From an uncultured Candidatus Rokubacteria bacterium (GTDB lineage: Bacteria; Methylomirabilota; Methylomirabilia; Rokubacteriales; DASRDR01): 64,000 bases of DNA. Made by a program: the position numbers and the translations under genes. The notes beneath the pieces are model-generated. The model was not told where the DNA came from. It did no database searches and worked only from the letters and a program-made list of their open reading frames with translations. The stretch lies in NCBI GenBank assembly GCA_963826115.1, contig CAWGVS010000005.1, forward strand, positions 1,440,001-1,504,000. The letters are read 5' to 3'. Shown one piece after another: positions 1-9,862 of the stretch (position 1 is the stretch's first letter; each line of letters opens with the position of its first letter).

Positions 1-1542
1 GCCACCCAGGCGGGGCTCCTCGCGCTCCAGGCCGGCGGCAACGCCGTCGACGCCGCGGTGGCGGTGGCCGCCACCCTCTCCGTGGTCGAGCCGTACATGT
101 CGGGCCTCGGCGGCGACGGCTTCTACCACGTCTACCTCCGCCGGTCCGGCGAGGCGGTGGTCTTCAACGGCACCGGCCCCGCGCCGCGCGCGGCCACGCC
201 CGAGCGCTATGCCCGGGGCATCCCGGCGGCGGGCCCCCTGGCCTTCTCGGTGCCCGGGTCGGTCGGCGCGTGGGGGGCGATGCACGCGCGCCACGGGCGG
301 CGCCCGTGGGCGTCGCTTCTCGAGGCGGCCATCCACTACGCGCGGGACGGCTACGGCGCGACGCGCGCCTGCCGCCACTTCGCCGGCGAGCAGGCGGGGG
401 CGCTCCGGGCCGACGCGCGGAGCGCCCGGGTGTTCCTGCGTGACGGCCGCGCGCCGGCCGTCGGAACGCCGATCGTCCAGGCGGACCTCGCCCGCACGCT
501 CGAGGGCCTGGCCTCCGCGGGCGCCGAGGACTTCTACCGCGGCGGCCTGGCGCGAGCGCTCGCCGCCGGGTGCCGCGAGGCGGGCGCCCTCGTGACGGCC
601 GACGACCTCGCCGCCTTCGAGCCGGAGATCCAGGCGCCGATCGAGCTCGCCTACCGCGGCTACACCGTCCGGCAGGCGCCGCCCAACTCCATGGGCTGGG
701 TGCTGCTGGAGGAGCTCGGGATCGTCGAGCACTTCGACCTCGGGGCGATGGGCGCCCTCTCCGCCGACCTGGTCCACACGCTGGTCGAGGCGAAGAAGCT
801 CGCCTTCATCGACCGCGAGCGCTGGAGCGGCGACCCTCGCTTCGTCGACGTGCCGATCGCCGAGCTCCTGTCCCCCGCGCACCTCGGGCGCCGGGCCGCG
901 GAGATCGACCCGAAGCGCGCCGCGCCGGCCGGAGCGTGGACCGCCGCGGTCCCCGGCGACACCACGTACTTCTGCGTCGTCGACGGCGAGGGCAACGCCG
1001 TCTCCGGCATCCAGAGCATCAACAGCGCGTTCGGCTCGGGGGTGACGGCGGGCGACACGGGCATCCTCCTCAACAATCGGATGACGCCGTGGCACCTCGA
1101 GCCGGGCCATCCGAACCGCCTCGCGCCCGGCAAGCGCGTCCGCCACACGATGAACCCGCCCATGGTGTTCCGGGACGGGGAGCTGTGGGCCGTCTTCGGG
1201 ACGCCGGGCGGCGACAACCAGGTGCAGATCAACCTGCAGATCCTCACCGCGATGATCGACCTCGGCTACGACTCCCAGCAGGCGGCGGAGATGCCGCGCT
1301 GGAGCAGCACGCAACCGGGCCAGGAGGCGAACTGGCCTCACGACTGCCCGGACGCCCTCAACATGGAGGCGCGGTTCCCGGGAGATGTCCGGGCGGAGCT
1401 GGCCGATCGCGGCCACGCCGTGGTCGGGCTCGGCGACCTCGACGGCCCCTGCTCCGTCGAGATCATCCGCCGCGACGCCGACACCGGCATGCTGCTGGCC
1501 GGCTCCGACCCCCGCCGCGACGGCTGGGCCCTCGCGTACTGA
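1..1542 (+). CDS. ggt: Gamma-glutamyltransferase family protein (5'-partial; frame open from base 1)
   Basis: GGNAVDAAVA, EPYMSGLGGDGF, nucleophile GDTTYFCVVD, LNNRM, GTPGG and terminal SDPRRDG motifs. Confidence 0.93.
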   Translation, partial: ATQAGLLALQAGGNAVDAAVAVAATLSVVEPYMSGLGGDGFYHVYLRRSGEAVVFNGTGPAPRAATPERYARGIPAAGPLAFSVPGSVGAWGAMHARHGRRPWASLLEAAIHYARDGYGATRACRHFAGEQAGALRADARSARVFLRDGRAPAVGTPIVQADLARTLEGLASAGAEDFYRGGLARALAAGCREAGALVTADDLAAFEPEIQAPIELAYRGYTVRQAPPNSMGWVLLEELGIVEHFDLGAMGALSADLVHTLVEAKKLAFIDRERWSGDPRFVDVPIAELLSPAHLGRRAAEIDPKRAAPAGAWTAAVPGDTTYFCVVDGEGNAVSGIQSINSAFGSGVTAGDTGILLNNRMTPWHLEPGHPNRLAPGKRVRHTMNPPMVFRDGELWAVFGTPGGDNQVQINLQILTAMIDLGYDSQQAAEMPRWSSTQPGQEANWPHDCPDALNMEARFPGDVRAELADRGHAVVGLGDLDGPCSVEIIRRDADTGMLLAGSDPRRDGWALAY

Positions 1543-1568
1543 GCGGTCGCGTCCGCGGCAAGGCCCCC

Positions 1569-2537
1569 GTGAAGCTGGTCATCCAGATCCCCTGCCGCAA
1601 CGAGGAGGCCACCCTGCCCGCGACGCTGGGTGAGCTACCAGCGGAGCTCGACGGCTTCGATGCCGTCGAGTGGCTCGTAATCGACGACGGCAGCACCGAC
1701 CGCACGAGCGAGATCGCGCGCGCCCACGGCGTGCACCGCGTGGTCCGGTTCACGGAGTGGCACGGGCTGGCACGCGCGTTCGAGGCGGGCATCCAGGAGG
1801 CGCTCGCGATGGGCGCCGACGTGATCGTCAACACCGACGGCGACAACCAATACCGCGGGGCGGACGTCGCCCGCTTGGTCGAGCCCATCCTCGAGCGTCG
1901 CGCCGACATGGTCGTCGGAACCCGGCCGATCGCGGACATCGAGCACTTCTCGCCGCTCAAGAAGCTCCTCCAGCGGCTGGGCAGCGGCGTCGTGCGCGGG
2001 CTGTCGAGCACCGACGTGCCTGACGTGACGAGCGGGTTCCGGGCATTCACCCGCGACGCCGCCCTGCGCCTCACCGTGCTCACCAGCTTCAGCTACACGC
2101 TGGAGACGATCATCCAGGCCGGCCAGAAGAACATCGCGATCACCCACGTTCCGGTGCGGACGAACGAGAAGCTCCGGGACTCGCGCCTGGCCAGGAGCAC
2201 CGCGGGGTACGTCCGGCGCTCGCTGACCACGATGCTCCGCGTCTGGATCCTCTACCAGCCGCTCCGGTTCTTCCTGCCCATCGCGGCCCTGTTCCTCATC
2301 GCGGCGTTCGCCCTCTCGCTCCGCTTCTTCGTCATCTGGGTGGAGAAGCCGGTCGGCACGGGCCACGTGCAGTCCCTGGTCGTCGGGGGGGTGTGCGCGA
2401 TCATCGGCGTCCTCTTCGTCGCGCTCGGGGTGCTGGCGGACCTGACGGCCATGAACCGACGGCTGATCGAGGAGATCGTCGTCAACACGAGGGCGGTCCG
2501 CGTCGAGCTCGTTCGTCGCCGCGACGACACCCCGTGA
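1569..2537 (+). CDS. Glycosyltransferase family 2 with C-terminal TM helices
   Basis: GTG start; IPCRNEE, IDDGSTD, NTDGDNQY and DVTSGFRA motifs; real part of ORF 570..2537. Confidence 0.9.
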   Translation: MKLVIQIPCRNEEATLPATLGELPAELDGFDAVEWLVIDDGSTDRTSEIARAHGVHRVVRFTEWHGLARAFEAGIQEALAMGADVIVNTDGDNQYRGADVARLVEPILERRADMVVGTRPIADIEHFSPLKKLLQRLGSGVVRGLSSTDVPDVTSGFRAFTRDAALRLTVLTSFSYTLETIIQAGQKNIAITHVPVRTNEKLRDSRLARSTAGYVRRSLTTMLRVWILYQPLRFFLPIAALFLIAAFALSLRFFVIWVEKPVGTGHVQSLVVGGVCAIIGVLFVALGVLADLTAMNRRLIEEIVVNTRAVRVELVRRRDDTP

Positions 2538-3478
2538 GGCGGTCCTCCTGGCCCCTGCTGCTGCAGCTCCTCGTCTCCGTCGCGCTGCTGGCGCTCCTCG
2601 CCCGCCAGGTCCCGGTCGCCGACACGCTGGCGGCGATGGGGCGTCTGCGGGCCGGCACCTTCGCGGCCGTGCTCGGTCTCGTCTTCGTCTCGTACGCGGG
2701 CCGCGCCTGGCGGTGGGGCGGGCTGCTCGCCCGGGCCGGGGTGCCGGTGAGCGGCGTGACGACGTACTGCCTGACCCTCGCGGGCGTGGGCTACGGCCTC
2801 GCGACGCCGGGGCGCGTCGGCGAGTTCGCCCGGATCCTGCATCTCGACGCCCCGCGCTCTCGGACGCTCGCCTCGGCCGTCTGGGACCGCCTGACGGACG
2901 TCCTCCTCCTGGAGGCGATGTCCCTGCCGGCGTTCCTGCTGGTCCCCGCCTGGCGGCGGGGTCCGGTGCTGTGGCTCTTCGCGGTCGTCGTCGCCGCCAC
3001 GCTGGGCGCCGTGGTCGTCCTCGAGAGCGCGTCCACGCAGGCGCTCCTCGTGCGGATGTTCCCGTTCGCGGCAGGCCGGCTCGCGCGCTGGCGCGACGCC
3101 TCCGCGGGCACGCTCCTGAGCCGCGCCTTCGCGGCCGGCCTCGCGGGCGGCCTCTTCTACTACGCGTTCAACTTCGCGGCCGCGTTCCTGATCCTCCGGG
3201 ACCTCGTGCCGGCGGCGCCGGCGGCGCTCGTCCTGACCTTTCCGGTCATCCCGCTGCTCGGCAACCTGCCGATCGCGTTCAGCGGGCTCGGCCTGCGCGA
3301 GCAGGCGAGCGCGGCGCTCTTCGGCGCGATCGGCGTCGGCGCCGCGGCGGGGCCGGCGTTCTCCCTCCTCCTCTTCACGACGACGACGCTCGTTCCCGGC
3401 CTCCTGGGCCTCGTGCTGGCCACCACCCCGTGGGCGCGACCGGCGCCCGCGGGGCGCGCACGGCCGCCTGCGCGGTAG
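2534..3478 (+). CDS. Lysylphosphatidylglycerol synthase TM / flippase-like membrane protein
   Basis: GTGA overlap with the GT2 stop; multi-TM; RAWRW, TPGRVGE, WDRLTD and SGLGLRE motifs. Confidence 0.8.
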   Translation: MRRSSWPLLLQLLVSVALLALLARQVPVADTLAAMGRLRAGTFAAVLGLVFVSYAGRAWRWGGLLARAGVPVSGVTTYCLTLAGVGYGLATPGRVGEFARILHLDAPRSRTLASAVWDRLTDVLLLEAMSLPAFLLVPAWRRGPVLWLFAVVVAATLGAVVVLESASTQALLVRMFPFAAGRLARWRDASAGTLLSRAFAAGLAGGLFYYAFNFAAAFLILRDLVPAAPAALVLTFPVIPLLGNLPIAFSGLGLREQASAALFGAIGVGAAAGPAFSLLLFTTTTLVPGLLGLVLATTPWARPAPAGRARPPAR

Positions 3479-3488
3479 GCGACCGAAG

Positions 3489-4580
3489 CTACCGGGTCTT
3501 GCCCCGTCCCGCGATCGGCCAGACGGCCTCCACCCGGCCGGCGCGCACGGCGTACAGCTCGTCGTGGAGGAACATGGTCGAGTCGCAGTAGCCCGCGACG
3601 AACTCGACGCGATCCCCCACCCCGGGGGTCGCCGACGGGGCGGCGAGCTCGACCGTCGCGTGCTCCGCCGAGACGTTGAGCCGCACGACGGCGCCGAGCC
3701 CGACGGGCTCGGGCGGCGTCGGGTAGACCGCCATGCTCTTCCAGCCGGCGTCGCAGACCAGGCGCGTCGGCGTCGGCCGGCTGGCCACGGTCGTGAGGAG
3801 CGTGAGCGCCTGCCGGTGCTCCACTCCATAATGCGTCCGGTAGTGCACGTCGCCGAAGATCCCGCCCCCGGCCTGCACCTCGGTCACGCCGGGCACGCGC
3901 GCCGCGATCCAGTAGGTGCCGGTGCCGCCGCAGCTGACGATCTCGACCGGCAGGCCGGCGGCGCGGCACGCGTCCGCGCTGGCCGTGAGCTGGCCGAGCG
4001 CCGCCTCGATCGCCCGCCGCTTCTCCGCGGGGTCGGCGAGGCCGGCGAGGCGTCCGCCCTCCCAGGCCATGAGGCCCGAGAACCGGAGCTCCGGCCGGGC
4101 ACTCACGCGCCGCGCGAGGGCCACCACCGGCTCCCCGGGCTCCACGCCGGCCCGGTTCATCGCGATGTTGACCTCGATGACCACCCGGATCGGCGCGCCC
4201 GCGCTCCGGCCGGCCGCGGCCAGGGCCTCGACGTGCGCGTCGGCGTCCACCGCCACGATCGGGTCGGCGCGCCGCCGGAGCGAGGCCAGTCGCGCCATCT
4301 TCTCGGCGCCGACCAGCTGGTTGGCGATCATCACGTCCCGGATCCCCGCGGCCGCCAGCACCTCCGCCTCGCCGAGCTTGGCGCAGGTCACCCCGGAGGC
4401 GCCGGCGTCCAGCAGCATCCGGACCACCGCCGGCACCTTGATCGCCTTGGTGTGGGGCCGCCAGGCGACGCCCGCGTCCGTCACGATCACCCGCCGCATG
4501 GTCGCGACGTTCTCCTCGAGCTTGTCGAGGTCGACGAGGAGGGCGGGCGTGTCCAGCTCGGCGACCGGGCGCCCCGTCAC
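3489..4580 (-). CDS. DSD1/D-threonine aldolase-like fold-III PLP enzyme
   Basis: LDTPALLVD, WRPHTKAIK (PLP Lys), CGGTGT, EVQAG, DAGWK, SAEH; GTG start overlaps upstream stop. Confidence 0.88.
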   Translation of the reverse strand: MTGRPVAELDTPALLVDLDKLEENVATMRRVIVTDAGVAWRPHTKAIKVPAVVRMLLDAGASGVTCAKLGEAEVLAAAGIRDVMIANQLVGAEKMARLASLRRRADPIVAVDADAHVEALAAAGRSAGAPIRVVIEVNIAMNRAGVEPGEPVVALARRVSARPELRFSGLMAWEGGRLAGLADPAEKRRAIEAALGQLTASADACRAAGLPVEIVSCGGTGTYWIAARVPGVTEVQAGGGIFGDVHYRTHYGVEHRQALTLLTTVASRPTPTRLVCDAGWKSMAVYPTPPEPVGLGAVVRLNVSAEHATVELAAPSATPGVGDRVEFVAGYCDSTMFLHDELYAVRAGRVEAVWPIAGRGKTR

Positions 4581-5404
4581 TTGAGCACGCTCGCCGTCAT
4601 GCCGCGGATCAGGCGCTCGGAGAAGAACACGTAGATCGCGATGATCGGGAGCACCGAGATCATCATCCCGGTCGCGATCATGCCGATGTCCTGGAGCTGG
4701 TCGCCCATGAACTTCATGATCCCGAGGGGCAGCGTGCGCTTCTCGTCCTCGGTCAGGAGCACCACCGCGTAGAGGAACTCGTTCCACAGGTCGATCAGGT
4801 TCAGGATGACCGTGGTCGCGATGGCCGGGAGTCCGAGCGGCACCGTGATCCGCCAGAAGAGCCCGTAGTCGGAGCACCCGTCGATACGGGCGGCGTCGAA
4901 GTAGTCCTGCGGGATCTGCGCGAAGAAGCTCTCCAGCAGGTAGAAGGTCAGCGGCAGCTGGATCGCCGCGTAGACCAGCATCACGCCCATCCGGGTGTTG
5001 AACAGGTGGTACTCCACCAGCACCTGGAAGAGCGAGATGATCGTGAGCTGCGGCGGGAAGATGATCGCGCTGAACAGCGCCATGTGGACGAAGCGGTTTC
5101 CCCGGAACCGGTACCGGGCGAGGCCGTGAGCCACCATCGAGCCGACCAGCGTGACGAGCGCCACCGCCGTCAGGACGATCACCGCGCTGTTCCAGAAGTA
5201 GGTGCCGTAGTTCGACGTCGTCCAGGCCGCCGCGTACTTCTCCCAGTGGATCGGCCACGGCGCCCCGTAGGGGTTGGCGCTGATCTCCGACGTCGTCCGG
5301 AGCGACATGGTGACGAGCCACGCCACGGGCCCGCCCGCCAGCATCGTGTACGCCGACACGGCGAGGAGAATGAAGAAGCGCGTGGCGCCTCGCGGCCAGC
5401 GCAC
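4577..5404 (-). CDS. Carbohydrate ABC transporter permease
   Basis: EAA-like loop DAARIDG, WNEFLYA, six hydrophobic segments. Confidence 0.9.
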   Translation of the reverse strand: MRWPRGATRFFILLAVSAYTMLAGGPVAWLVTMSLRTTSEISANPYGAPWPIHWEKYAAAWTTSNYGTYFWNSAVIVLTAVALVTLVGSMVAHGLARYRFRGNRFVHMALFSAIIFPPQLTIISLFQVLVEYHLFNTRMGVMLVYAAIQLPLTFYLLESFFAQIPQDYFDAARIDGCSDYGLFWRITVPLGLPAIATTVILNLIDLWNEFLYAVVLLTEDEKRTLPLGIMKFMGDQLQDIGMIATGMMISVLPIIAIYVFFSERLIRGMTASVLK

Positions 5405-5408
5405 GGCG

Positions 5409-6359
5409 TCAGTACTCGACCCGGTCGCGCCGGCGGAGGAGCCAGGTCAGCGCGAGCACGAGGGTCAGCACCACCAAGAACCACACGGAGGCCACCGCCG
5501 ACGGGTACCCGAGGTCGAAGGTGTTCCACTCGAAGGCCCGCTTGTAGACGTAGGTCGACACGGTCTCCGTCGACCACAGCGGCCCGCCCTGGGTCATGAT
5601 CCAGACGAGGTCGAACACCTTCATCTTCCCGATGAAGGACAGGATCAGGAGGCTCAGCAGGGTCGGCCAGATCATCGGCACCATGACGTGGACGAGCTTC
5701 CGGGCCCAGCCGCAGTTGTCGAGGTCCGCGGCCTCCAGGACCTCCTTCGGCAGGGCCAGTAGCGCGGCCAGGCACACCACCATGCTGAAGCCCGCCCACT
5801 TCCACGCATGGGTCAGCATGATCGCCCAGAGGGCGGTCGCCGGGTCGCCGAGCCAGGAGTGCGCGAGGCCTCCGAGCCCGATCGCCCGGAGTCCCAGGTT
5901 CACGAGGCCCCAGTCGTAGTTGTAGATCCACACCCACAGGATGCCGACGACCACGTAGGACAGCAGCACCGGCGTGAACCACACGACCCGGAAGAAGCGG
6001 GCGAACGGCACCCCGGCGTAGAGACCGAGCGCGAGCGCGAGGCCGATCACGACGTCGGCCACCGGAGCGATCCCGGCCCAGATGAGCGTGTTGCCGACCG
6101 CCTTCCAGAAGACGCGGTCCTTCGTGAGGAGCTCGGTGACGTTCCGGAGACCGACGAACTCGACGACCCCGCGGGGCTTGATGGTGTGGACGCTGTTGTA
6201 GAGCGTCCGCAGGGCCGGGTAGAGCGTGAAGCCGACGAAGAGGAGCACCGCCGGCGCGAGGAAGAACGCGATGACCACGCCGCGGGCGTGGTGGACCCCC
6301 CGGCGGCGGCCCCCGGGGGGGCGGGCGGCCTCCGCCGGCGCCGACGGCGCCGCGGCCAT
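5409..6359 (-). CDS. Carbohydrate ABC transporter permease
   Basis: FVGLRN, EAADLD loop, MTQGGP, TM segments. Confidence 0.9.
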   Translation of the reverse strand: MAAAPSAPAEAARPPGGRRRGVHHARGVVIAFFLAPAVLLFVGFTLYPALRTLYNSVHTIKPRGVVEFVGLRNVTELLTKDRVFWKAVGNTLIWAGIAPVADVVIGLALALGLYAGVPFARFFRVVWFTPVLLSYVVVGILWVWIYNYDWGLVNLGLRAIGLGGLAHSWLGDPATALWAIMLTHAWKWAGFSMVVCLAALLALPKEVLEAADLDNCGWARKLVHVMVPMIWPTLLSLLILSFIGKMKVFDLVWIMTQGGPLWSTETVSTYVYKRAFEWNTFDLGYPSAVASVWFLVVLTLVLALTWLLRRRDRVEY

Positions 6360-6405
6360 CAGGTCGGCCGACGGCGCCGGACGCGACCGGACCGGAGCAG
6401 GCTCG

Positions 6406-7725
6406 CTACCCCGTGAAGCAGCCCTGGTTCATCATCTCGACGGCCTTGTCGACGGTCAGGAGCCCGCCCGGGAAGGCGGTGTTCATGACCTGCACGAAGG
6501 CCTCGCGGCACTGCCCCTGGATGTGGTCGATGGGGATGCCGATGAAGTATTCGCTCGCCCGGTTCTTCTCCCCCAGCTCCTGGAAGTACCCGGCGTACTT
6601 CCCGGTGACCTTGCTCATGTCCGTCTTCGTCGCCGTCTGGAGGAGGATCGTGCTCAGCCAGCTCGCGCCCATCTCCGGCGTCGCCATCTCGTTCAGCATG
6701 GCGGCGGCGAGCTTCGGGTGCTTGGTGGCCGCGTTGATCGAGAAGCTGGCGCCGACCGCGAGAGTCTTGCACTGGTTGCAGGCCCCGCCGTCCATCGCCG
6801 GGACGCTCATGATCCCCAGCGGGAAGTTGTCCGGCTGGCCGCCCTTGTCCGGCGGCACGAAGGCGCGGGCCGTGTACCAGCTGCCCATCGGGAACATCAG
6901 CCCGCCGGGCTTGGTGTGGAAGTAGTAGTGGGACTCGCCGAGCTTCAGCGTCGCGAAGCTCTTCGGGTAGGCGCCGGCGTCCACCAGGGACTTCACGTAC
7001 GTGAAGACCTGGACGACCCGCGGATCCTTGTAGGAGAGCTTCCCGGCGATGAGCTTGCCGTAGTCGTCGCGCCCGAGCTTCTTGAGGAGCGTCTCCTCCA
7101 GCATGTAGGCGCCGGGGTACGGCCGGTCGCCGACGCCCTGGACGATCGGCGTGACGCCCGCGGCGGCCGCCTTCTTCACGATGTCCAGGAACTGGGTCTG
7201 GTTGACCTGGCCGTTCGGCGGGAGGTCCACGCCGAGCTTCTTCATGACGTCCTTGTTGTAGTAGAGCTCGACGGTGTAGACCTCCTGCGGCAGCGCGTAG
7301 GTCTTCCCGCCGTGCGTCCACACCTTGCGCGCCCACTCGTGGATGTTCTGCCAGTCGACCAGCTCGTCGAGCGGCAGGAGGAACCCGTTGGTGATGTACT
7401 CGACCTGGTCCGGCTCGTCGTAGAAGAGGTCCGGCGCCTGGCCGGCCCGGAGCGCCGTCTTGAGAGCGGCGTAGAGGGCGGGCTTGTCGAACCAGGTGAT
7501 CTTCACCTTGACGCCGGGGTTCTTCTTCTCGACCGCCCGCGCGGCCATCTCGCGCCACGCCACCTTGGACGGCTGGTCGGCCTCGTGGCTCCACATCGTG
7601 ATGGTGATGTCCTCCGCCATCGCGACCGGCGCGACGAGCGCCACGACGAGGGCAACGACGACGCTCGCGAGCCAGACCCCGGCGAGCGCCCCGAACGAAC
7701 GGTCCCTGCGACCCACGATCGACAT
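6406..7725 (-). CDS. ABC transporter extracellular solute-binding protein (sugar-type)
   Basis: GGAGG RBS, signal peptide, GQAPDLF, LYYNKD; start may extend to 7758. Confidence 0.88.
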   Translation of the reverse strand: MSIVGRRDRSFGALAGVWLASVVVALVVALVAPVAMAEDITITMWSHEADQPSKVAWREMAARAVEKKNPGVKVKITWFDKPALYAALKTALRAGQAPDLFYDEPDQVEYITNGFLLPLDELVDWQNIHEWARKVWTHGGKTYALPQEVYTVELYYNKDVMKKLGVDLPPNGQVNQTQFLDIVKKAAAAGVTPIVQGVGDRPYPGAYMLEETLLKKLGRDDYGKLIAGKLSYKDPRVVQVFTYVKSLVDAGAYPKSFATLKLGESHYYFHTKPGGLMFPMGSWYTARAFVPPDKGGQPDNFPLGIMSVPAMDGGACNQCKTLAVGASFSINAATKHPKLAAAMLNEMATPEMGASWLSTILLQTATKTDMSKVTGKYAGYFQELGEKNRASEYFIGIPIDHIQGQCREAFVQVMNTAFPGGLLTVDKAVEMMNQGCFTG

Positions 7726-7821
7726 GATGCGCCTCCGATTCTCCAGGCCGGTCATCACGCGACTCCCGTCGCCCGGCGCGCCCGTAGTCCGCGCCGGATC
7801 AGAGTCGCGCAGCCGGCGCTA

Positions 7822-7850
7822 ACGCTAGCCCTCCGCCCGGGGCCCGTCAA
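7822..7850 (-). promoter_or_regulatory. Sigma70-like promoter of the ABC operon
   Basis: TTGACG-17 bp-TAGCGT on the minus strand. Confidence 0.55.
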
Positions 7851-7970
7851 GCCGGCCGGGGCCGACGCGCGCGGCGCACGGCGTCGCACGATGGCACGCC
7901 CGCGCGCGCGGGACTATCATGCGAACGCGCCGTCCGGGGCCGGCTCCGCCTCGGCGTCGCGGAGGAGCCG

Positions 7971-8795
7971 GTGCCGTCCGAGCGGATCATCGACTGTCAC
8001 GCGCACATCATCGACCACGCGCGCTTCCCCTTCGGCCCCGGCCCGGGCTACAAGCCGCGCCCGGCCGAGACGGGGACCCGCGAGGCCTACGCCGCGATGC
8101 TCGACCGGCTCGGCGCCCCGCACGCGCTCCTCGTCCAGCCGAGCGGCTACGGCGTGGACAACCGGGCGATGCTCGACGCCATGCGCGCGGTGCCCGGGCG
8201 CTACCGGGCGATCGCCGTGGTGGATCCGGAGGCGAGCGACCGCGAGGTCGAGACGCTCCAGGACGCGGGCGTCGTGGGCGTCCGGTTCAACTTGCCGAGC
8301 TACGATCCCGCCGCGCTCCGCCGTCCCCAGACGCCGGCCTTCCTCGAACGCCTCCGCGCGCTCGGCTGGTTCGCCCAGGTGTACGCCGACGATGCCCAGT
8401 GGGCCGAGGCCGCGCCCATCCTGCGCGCGAGCCGCGTGCGGGTCGTGGTCGACCACTTCGGTATCCACGACCTCGCGGGCGGGGTCCGGCAGCCCGGGTT
8501 CCGCGCGGTGCTGGCCCTCGGCCGCGAGGGCCAGGCAGCCATCAAGCTCTCGGCCGCCTACCGCCTGTCGTCGCAGCCGGGCTACGAGGACCTCGAGCCC
8601 TTCGTGGAGGCGATCGTCGGCGCCTTCGGCACCGGCGCCTGCCTGTGGGGATCGGACTGGCCATTCCTCGGCGTGCAGGAGCACCCGGATCTCGGGCACT
8701 CGCTCACCGCGCTGCGCCGCTGGCTCCCGGACACCCGCGATCGCCAGCGGGTCCTCTGGGACAACCCCTTCCGGCTGTTCCGCTTCGGAGAATGA
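7971..8795 (+). CDS. Amidohydrolase_2 family (LigI/lactonase-like)
   Basis: DCHAH, VQPSGYG, DHFG, WGSDWPF, WDNP; GGAGGAG RBS. Confidence 0.88.
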   Translation: MPSERIIDCHAHIIDHARFPFGPGPGYKPRPAETGTREAYAAMLDRLGAPHALLVQPSGYGVDNRAMLDAMRAVPGRYRAIAVVDPEASDREVETLQDAGVVGVRFNLPSYDPAALRRPQTPAFLERLRALGWFAQVYADDAQWAEAAPILRASRVRVVVDHFGIHDLAGGVRQPGFRAVLALGREGQAAIKLSAAYRLSSQPGYEDLEPFVEAIVGAFGTGACLWGSDWPFLGVQEHPDLGHSLTALRRWLPDTRDRQRVLWDNPFRLFRFGE

Positions 8796-8796
8796 C

Positions 8797-9837
8797 ATGG
8801 TGACCGCCCAGGCTCGCCGATCGACGCCGCTCCGGATCGCAATCGCCGGCGCGGGCATGATCAGCTGGTATCACCTCACCGCGTGGAAGCACGCCGGGTC
8901 GCGCGTTCGCGTGGTCGCGGTGGCGGATCCGGACCCGGCCCGCGCGCGGGCGCGCGCGGACGAGTTCGCCATTCCGAGGACGTACGCCGACGCCGAGTCG
9001 CTGCTCGGCGCGGAGGAGATCGACGCCCTCGACGTGGCGTCCCCGCGCGAGACGCACGCCGCCTGGGTGGAGGCCGCCACCGCCCGGGGCATCGACGTCC
9101 TCTGCCAGAAGCCGCTCACCCCGACTCTCGGCGAGGCCGAGACGCTGGTCCAGCGCGTCGGGAGCCGGATCCGCCTGATGGTCCACGAGAACTGGCGCTT
9201 CCGACCCTGGTACCGGGAGCTCCAGCGGTGGATCGCCGACGACCTCCTGGGCGAGATCGACCTGGCCCGGCTCTCGACCATCTCGTCCGGTTTCCTGCCG
9301 GACGCGGAGGGCCGCCGGCCCGCGCTGATCCGCCAGCCCTTCATGGCGCGCGAGCGGCGCCTCATGATCGCCGAGGTCCTGATCCACCACCTCGACACCA
9401 TGCGCTTCCTCTGCGGGCCGCTCCGCGTCGTGGGCGCGCGGGCGCACCGGACGCTCCCCGACGTGGTCGGCGAGACCTTCGCGGCGATCTTCCTCGAGAC
9501 CGCCGCGGGCGCGTCGGCCTCCGTGATCGGCACCATGGCGGCCCCGGGGTATCCACCCCGCCCGCCGGACCGGCTGGAGCTGGTCGGCCGCCGGGCGAGC
9601 GCGATCCTGGCGGACAACGAGCTCCGGCTCCTCGGGGCCCATCCCCGCACGGAGCGCTACGACCCGGACACGGGGTACCAGGCGAGCTTCGACGGGGTGA
9701 TCGCGCACTTCGTGGACTGCCTCACGACCGGGGCGCCGTTCGAGACCGGCCCCGCGGACAACCTGGAGACCCTCCGGCTCGTCGAGCACGCCTACTGGGC
9801 GGCGGGGCTCCACCGCCCCGGACCGCCCGCGAGCTGA
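8797..9837 (+). CDS. Gfo/Idh/MocA family oxidoreductase
   Basis: IAGAGMIS, LCQKPL, HENWRF, IHHLD; real part of ORF 6226..9837. Confidence 0.9.
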   Translation: MVTAQARRSTPLRIAIAGAGMISWYHLTAWKHAGSRVRVVAVADPDPARARARADEFAIPRTYADAESLLGAEEIDALDVASPRETHAAWVEAATARGIDVLCQKPLTPTLGEAETLVQRVGSRIRLMVHENWRFRPWYRELQRWIADDLLGEIDLARLSTISSGFLPDAEGRRPALIRQPFMARERRLMIAEVLIHHLDTMRFLCGPLRVVGARAHRTLPDVVGETFAAIFLETAAGASASVIGTMAAPGYPPRPPDRLELVGRRASAILADNELRLLGAHPRTERYDPDTGYQASFDGVIAHFVDCLTTGAPFETGPADNLETLRLVEHAYWAAGLHRPGPPAS

Positions 9838-9862
9838 CGGCGGCGCGCCGCCTGGCTCCGGA

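Noticed and set aside
6226-8796. N-terminal part of the 1203-aa ORF and other very long ORFs (24951..28280, 46004..49474, 51280..54669, 59851..62574)
   Set aside because: Antisense or off-frame shadows of real genes, caused by stop-codon scarcity at high GC; Arg/Pro/Gly-rich with no motifs
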